Shown here: one piece after another, positions 54,986 to 64,000 of the stretch
How the letters are laid out: each line of letters starts with the position of its first letter
Position numbering within the stretch: position 1 is the first letter of the stretch
Source: Eledone cirrhosa
Taxonomy: Eukaryota
Reading direction: 5' to 3'
DNA: 64,000 nucleotides
NCBI GenBank assembly: GCA_964016885.1
Contig: OZ024750.1
Span: forward strand, 1,364,001-1,428,000
Made by a program: the position numbers and the translations under genes
The notes under the pieces: generated by a model
Database searches by the model: none
What the model was told of the DNA's origin: nothing
Seen by the model: the letters and a program-made list of their open reading frames with translations, nothing else

Positions 54986-55034
54986 GTTTAAGCAAAGAAT
55001 AGCTGCTTTCACCCTTAACGGGATCTTCTGAAAC
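54986..55034 (-). ncRNA. Hammerhead-like motif with a CAGAAGA core, family F3
   Basis: gttt CAGAAGA tccc-gttaa-gggt GAAA gca-gctattctt-tgc TT aaac; the element spans about 54874-55170. Confidence 0.55.
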
Positions 55035-55528
55035 AAAAAAAAAAAATCAATATGTGAACGCAGAAGTAAATATTCCGAAAAACGTTGCAACCGAAGAAAA
55101 ACAGGAAGACGATACTTTGGTTCGTGAAGACGTTCCCTGGCAATGAACGAAAAAAAGCGAAGATATTGTATTATTTAGCAATGATAACGTAAAAGTTATT
55201 TTACACATATCATTCATTGTTTTACGATCGTTTCGGAGATATATTGGCTGATTTATAGTAGTTAAATAATTGTATACTATCAGACATAATATATGGGTTC
55301 AATCATACCATCTTCTTCGGAAACAATATGGAATATATCAGACACTGTATCTGAAAGATTGACTCAGCGAAACACGGAACCAATCTCTGGATCACACTGA
55401 ACTACTTGTTACCAGATACTTATATCTCTCCTCTTTTTTTGCTTGTTTTTACCTCTAACTTGTCTGTGATACTGTCATTGTTTTTCTCACTCGTTCCTCC
55501 TTTCCCACCATGCCTATATATATATATA

Positions 55529-56560
55529 CTAGCAGAGGTACCCGGCGTTGCTCGGGTATTAAATAGCAGTTATGTATACCATTTATGGCAATACTTCAGT
55601 GCTGCTTCGAAAACTATACTTTTAAAAATTCATCGGCTTTTTCCAAAAGAGGGTTCCTGCCCCCAGGGGTCCCCTACTCAATATGTGCCAATTCTGAGAG
55701 TTCACAATCATCTGTAAAACAAACGTAGCCCATGTGTCAAGTTATGTGAAAATTGGTTGCGAACTCCAGAAGTTATGACGTTTTGTTGCATTGCACTGCA
55801 GTGCTTCAGTCGACTCCAAAGAAGCGGTTAAAGGGGGTTATCTGCCGGGAGGCCCTATAATCAATATGTATGTACTGGCCTAAATCTTCACTATTTACTT
55901 TTACTATTTTAATAACCTCTGTCATTTTCGTTTTCAATTTTATTTACATCATTCTTAAACACCGAGGCTGGAAATCATTCTGTTATTTTAAATAGAATAT
56001 TAGTCTAACGACTCCATTTATACCATAAACATGGTCTTGTCTTTGCATGAAATTGTTCTTCTCAGTCAACATAAGAACGTATTATCCTCGCTTTTCCCCC
56101 GTTCATTTCCAGGGAACATCTTCACGAACCAAAATATCGTCTCCCTGTTTTCCTTCGGTTGCAACGTTTCTCCAAATATTCACTTCTGCATTCACAGATT
56201 AAATTTTTTAGTTTCAGAAGATCCCGTTAGCGGCGCGCGCGTGCGTGTGCGTGTGTGTGAATGTAGCGAAGATAATACGTCAGCAATGACGTGTTCGTCA
56301 GAATGTCGTGATACAGACAGCCAGACATACAGACATATATTATAAGGGCTCGACGGAGATAGATAACCGGCATCTAACACCCCTTTAACAACAGAAAATT
56401 GAAAAATAAAAGCTGCAGTTAGTATCTTTAGACCGCAAGGAATATATAAATGCAAGTTTGAAGTCAATCGGAGTAGAAATGTGGATTTGTATAGACTTTG
56501 GAAAAATGAGGACACACACACACAGACAACAACAGTTATATATATATATATATATATATA
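55529..56560 (-). mobile_element. Non-autonomous Helitron
   Basis: Minus-strand 3' end has the hairpin tacccgagc-aac-gccgggta, a short spacer, then CTAG|T; the other end is (TA)n-actgttgttgtctgtgtgtg, typical of Helitron 5' ends. Confidence 0.7.
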
Positions 56561-57027
56561 TATAACACCTTAACCTAATTCTCTGACAATGACATTTATA
56601 GTAGACAAAGAAGGGGTTGCTATATAGTTACAATGTATCTTTTATTGAATCAAAACTATTTCTACTACATTCTTGTTTCCACGTATCTGTATTATTTTGT
56701 ACTTATTATTTGAAATATCCAATATTCTCTCTTTTCAGTATCACTTCAATTAGTATTAGACTTAATATTATACAACTTCTACAGTTCAATCACATAATTT
56801 GGTAGCTTCGAAAATGTGGTGAATCTTTTGTAAGTTATTAAGAATTTCGTCTTCAATACAAATTGTCGATGTTTGAACTTTATTCGTGACATTAAGTGTA
56901 GATAATCATGTGAGAAGGCAATCATCGAGAAAAGACGGCATCGTGTGAGGCGTGCTATACATTGTTAACATTAACGACACAAATCACAGAACACGCACTA
57001 CTGTGATTTGTTATTCATAGTAATCAT

Positions 57028-57340
57028 GGCACATGGCTTAGTGATTAGAGCATTGGGCTTTTGCAATAAAAAGGTTGTGAGTTCGATTCTCGAACCGGGG
57101 GATGCGTTGTTTCCTTGAGCAAGACATTTTATTTCAGCTGTAGAAATGATGAGTTGGGACGTCACTGGTGCCAATCTATATCGGTCATAGTTTCCCTTGG
57201 ACAGCATCGGTGGTGTGGGGAGGGGAGACTGGTATGCATGGAGGCAACTGCTGGTCTTCCACAAACAACCTTGCCGGGACTTGTGCCTCGGAGGGGAACT
57301 TTCTAGGTGCAAATCACATGGTCATTCATGACCGAAGGGA
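57028..57340 (+). mobile_element. SINE family B with a different 3' body
   Basis: ggcacatggcttagtgattagag head; ccttgagcaagaca. Confidence 0.8.
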
Positions 57341-58535
57341 ATCTTCGAGTTATTACAGATTAAGAATATATAATGGAATTTACATCGTATTCTCACATCT
57401 AAAACAAAGGTAGTCATAGTAGTTACAATCGTGCTGTTTCATTTCAGTTTACACGAATTCTAAAGTTTTGTAATAGCATTTATATTTAAGGAACATTGTG
57501 CATCAGTATCATGATATAGTCTCCCCTGAGGATTTAAAAAAAAACTCCACGCATTGTGATGTTCGGATTCTATCCGAACTGCCAAGCACACGGATTAATT
57601 ATATAAATTTACAAACCATCTTTCTTTATTTTGTTCTCTCTCACACACACACAAACACTTCCATATATGGAATTTGAATATATTGTCGCCAAAATGAAGA
57701 TAACTACTATATTACATAGGTGTGAGTGAAATAGGGTAAATTACCTTTGGAAACAAATTCGATAAAGACGCCTATGGTGAATCGAACGAACCATGCTTCC
57801 ATGTAAGTATATATATATACACATACTCGGGCACACACACACACACACACGCGTAGATATTTCTGTGTATATATATATATGTACGTATATGTATGCATAT
57901 TCATACACACAGGCAGCTGCTGTTTGGAGCTTCAGTTCTATAATGTAGATCACCATCGAATTCAAGAAACATATGCCGAAAAGCAGCGACCTGAGATATA
58001 GTGAATGGGATCGATATGTGAAACACTGCGTTGATATTCCAGCTTTGACGTTGGTACCAACATGAAACACCGGAATCTCCGATTAGCGACAGAAGCTCTT
58101 TACCAGCTGCTTCTAATACACAAATAAATGAATGGATATGCACTACAGCATACTCATACAGTGATTGTTGCATGGTTTATCATAAGTTAAGCAGAGTATC
58201 AACGAAAGACCAACGGAAGTTTCTGTGCTTCCATCGAAGTATCAAGATTTTCCTATCTACTCTTTGATCTTCCATCTTAACCACGCCTTATCCAATACAG
58301 CTTCACGTACGAAGGTGGTATGGAATAATATTGAACTCAGAGGGTATAGATAAATACAATTTGATTTTTTGGCCATTGTCACGAATCATTCTATAGACTT
58401 GACCCCTTAACATAACCAAAAACAAACATAAATTCCCATGTACGTCAATACTCAACTTTTTCCATTTCTAGGAGGGTTCTAAACCCCACTATCAGGCTAA
58501 AATTACTTTAGTAAAAAAATACGGTGAAAGCTTCA

Positions 58536-61148
<2,613 letters not shown>

Positions 61149-61205
61149 AGTTTTAATATAGATAAGATTCTACAGGACTAGAACTGTTTCATTCTTTAGA
61201 ATCAA
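61149..61205 (-). mobile_element. Family F1 fragment (HHR stem II-III)
   Basis: ttctacaggactagaactgtttcattc is identical to 1939-1965; stem II loop here is taaa instead of tccc. Confidence 0.75.
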
Positions 61206-61255
61206 GATATATATATATAAAGATATATATATAAAGATTATATATATATATATAT

Positions 61256-61303
<48 letters not shown>

Positions 61304-61443
61304 CTATATCTTTATATATATATATATATGTATCTATCTATATATATATATATATATATGTATCTATCTATATATATATATATATATCTTTATATATATA
61401 TATATATGTATCTATCTATATATATATATATATATATATACAT

Positions 61444-61475
<32 letters not shown>

Positions 61476-61541
61476 CATTATATATATATATATACATTAT
61501 ATATATATATATACATTATATATATATATATATATATACAT

Positions 61542-61579
<38 letters not shown>

Positions 61580-61593
61580 ATATATATATACAT

Positions 61594-61627
<34 letters not shown>

Positions 61628-61648
61628 ATATTATATATATTATATATA

Positions 61649-61744
<96 letters not shown>

Positions 61745-61792
61745 TTTTATATAACTTCATATATATATATATAAAGATATATATATATATAC
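61206..61792. repeat. Degenerate (TA)n tract
   Basis: Read directly. Confidence 0.95.
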
Positions 61793-61889
61793 ACAAAACT
61801 GGTGATTGTTATCGATTTGGCAAACTGTACATCCCTCCTTTACTCCGTATGGGAAGGAATGGAAATTTTACTGGATAGAAACTAACCAT

Positions 61890-61931
<42 letters not shown>

Positions 61932-62021
61932 TATATACAATCTTGCTACAGAACCCGTCGAATGAAACCAATGAAAGTATCAGTTTAATGAAGATGTGCA
62001 CAAACTGTTGTAATACACATA

Positions 62022-62260
62022 TTGAATTACGAAAGCTTGCGGGAAGTTATTCACCTGATCAATGACATGTTAATTTTAAGAGACCAACAATCCGGATTTC
62101 GTGATAAGAGATCATGCACTGATATATTTGCATTGCAACGTATTATTGAAAGCACATTCGAATACAAATTAACGGCAGCTATTAACTTTGTCGACTTCCA
62201 GAAGCCTTTTTACAAAGTGAAATGTTACATGGAAAATTGTCAGATATTACGTAACAATGG
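62022..62260 (+). mobile_element. RTE-like LINE reverse transcriptase fragment
   Basis: ILRDQQSGFRDKRSCTDIFALQRIIE...INFVDFQKPF matches the QxGFR..RSC.D and FVDF.KAF motifs. Confidence 0.85.
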
Positions 62261-62615
62261 AAACTTTAAACAATATAATGAAGACAAGGAATGAATTGCG
62301 CAACGTTCCTTCTGCATCGAGCACTTTGGTGAGTAATGGCCTCACTGATATTCAGCGCCTCCATTCTGATATATATTAATATATATATGCTTCGGCGGAA
62401 GCAGGGGATGCGTGGTTCTGATGATCGCTAACCAGCCTGAAACAGACTGTTAGCTTCTCTCCCGTCTTTCGCCGAAAAGAAGTAAGTGACATAGTCAATA
62501 CTTTAAAACCGATAGCGTAAGGTCTTCTCAATGTTGTTAATCAAACATACGGTATATTGCCAAATATACTATACATACATTCATATATACATCGCTATTT
62601 CAGAGCACCAATCTT

Positions 62616-62649
<34 letters not shown>

Positions 62650-62700
62650 GTAGACCATATTTGGCACCACCCCACAATTCAGAAATGCTTCCACCACCCT

Positions 62701-62763
<63 letters not shown>

Positions 62764-62825
62764 AATTAATATCTAGTAACATATATAGAGTCCTCGCTTT
62801 GCCTGGATACTTAGCTGAGAATAGT

Positions 62826-62905
62826 CTTCCCTGACGACGAAATGATTCTCCATACTTTCTTCGGAAAGTATATTTATTCCATTTCAGAAACTAATTAGTT
62901 GGAAG
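62826..62905 (+). ncRNA. Type I hammerhead ribozyme motif (F8, copy 1)
   Basis: cttcc CTGACGA c-gaaatg..atactttc-TTCG-gaaagtat..catttc-a GAAA ctaattag TT ggaag. Confidence 0.8.
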
Positions 62906-63316
62906 TGAAATTTTAGTAAGTAAGTTAATTTTATAATTTTCTTATTTTACGTCTCTCATGCATTGAACCACAAAGCTACTAAGACAAAACCTATATATTT
63001 GCTAGCATTGATATGCATCTGTATGTATATATGTTACTAGATATTAATTCTTTATAATTATCTCCAAATTATTTGTCGAGCAATATTGGCCTGAACTGCT
63101 GCTATGGTAGCAGGCAGACCACTGTCTTATTAGCAAACCACTTTCCACTGATTGACCTCGATGTCACGTGATTAATTCTTTTTGAATTTGCCACCGACAC
63201 AGAGGCAGTGATTTTCTCAATGGCTAGGAATTCAGTCCACGCTTTGCTATCCACTGAATATTTTTATATAATTTTCCAGAGTCCTCGCTTTGCCTGGATA
63301 CTTAGCTGAGAATAGT

Positions 63317-63396
63317 CTTCCCTGACGACGAAATGATTCTCTATACTTTCTTCGGAAAGTATATTTATTCCATTTCAGAAACTAATTAGTTGGAAG
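63317..63396 (+). ncRNA. Type I hammerhead ribozyme motif (F8, copy 2)
   Basis: Same motif 491 nt downstream. Confidence 0.8.
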
Positions 63397-63442
63397 TGAA
63401 ATTTTACTAAGTAAGTTAATTTTATAATTTTCTTATTTTACG

Positions 63443-63531
<89 letters not shown>

Positions 63532-64000
63532 ATGTGTGTTTGTGTGTATATTTTTGTGTGTGTCAGTATCAGTGTGTTAGCTGTAATCTATGCAGATAAC
63601 ATTAATTCAGACTCCCTGTAGTTTAGAGGTGTTCTTTCTTGTCGGTTATCTCTGCCAGTAACATGGCGTGACCAGTTCTGTATGTGTGTAAATCATCTGT
63701 TTATATTTTGATATTATTGAAACCATCTTTTCGCTGGTTAATCATGCACGTACAAGTCCCCATCACGACATTATTTTACAGTACAGACAACATTAGGTAG
63801 AGTAACATTAATTGATAGTAATTTACCTATGTAGAAAATCCAAAAATAAATGGAGCTTTATCGTTGATAATGTAATAATTCTGCAATATATTCAGATACT
63901 TTTCATTTTTGACGAAATCATTAAAAGATTGTTGTCTTATAATCATCAATTAATTTATATTCATTGACTAGAAATAATTATAATGTGGAAGACTTAGATA

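Larger units (their letters stand above)
62757..63450 (+). mobile_element. Family F8 retrozyme/PLE-like element with two 173-bp direct repeats, each holding an HHR
   Basis: 62787-62959 matches 63278-63450 (two mismatches, period 491); 62757-62787 is an inverted copy of 63026-63056; (TA)n on both sides. Confidence 0.85.

Noticed and set aside
56031-56210. GIY-YIG endonuclease C-terminus upstream of the F3 ribozyme
   Set aside because: Expected for a PLE, but I could not read a convincing motif; no autonomous PLE ORF is visible in the window.

Overview
AT-rich, microsatellite-saturated animal DNA with no intact protein-coding gene visible. The repeat content suggests an Octopus-like coleoid cephalopod intron or intergenic region; this is inferred, not database-checked. 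Ordinary content: about 20 copies of one tRNA-derived SINE family plus a second SINE family, decayed LINE fragments (CR1/L2-like, RTE, CRE-like, R4/Dong-like, HERO-like), a non-autonomous Helitron, a mariner-type MITE, minisatellites, and a probable decayed rhodopsin-class GPCR. Nearly all ORFs in the supplied track are microsatellite artefacts. The main signal is the short 100-700 bp islands embedded in (TA)n tracts. At least seven sequence-distinct families carry type I hammerhead ribozyme (HHR) motifs: stem I - CUGANGA - stem II - GAAA - short, often palindromic stem III - UH - stem I. They occur as fold-back palindromes, as inverted-plus-tail structures, or (62757-63450) as two direct-repeat HHRs 491 nt apart. 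This architecture matches Penelope-like element (PLE) pseudo-LTRs and non-LTR retrozymes that could give circular RNA. All structures were paired by eye; ribozyme activity and family identity are untested.
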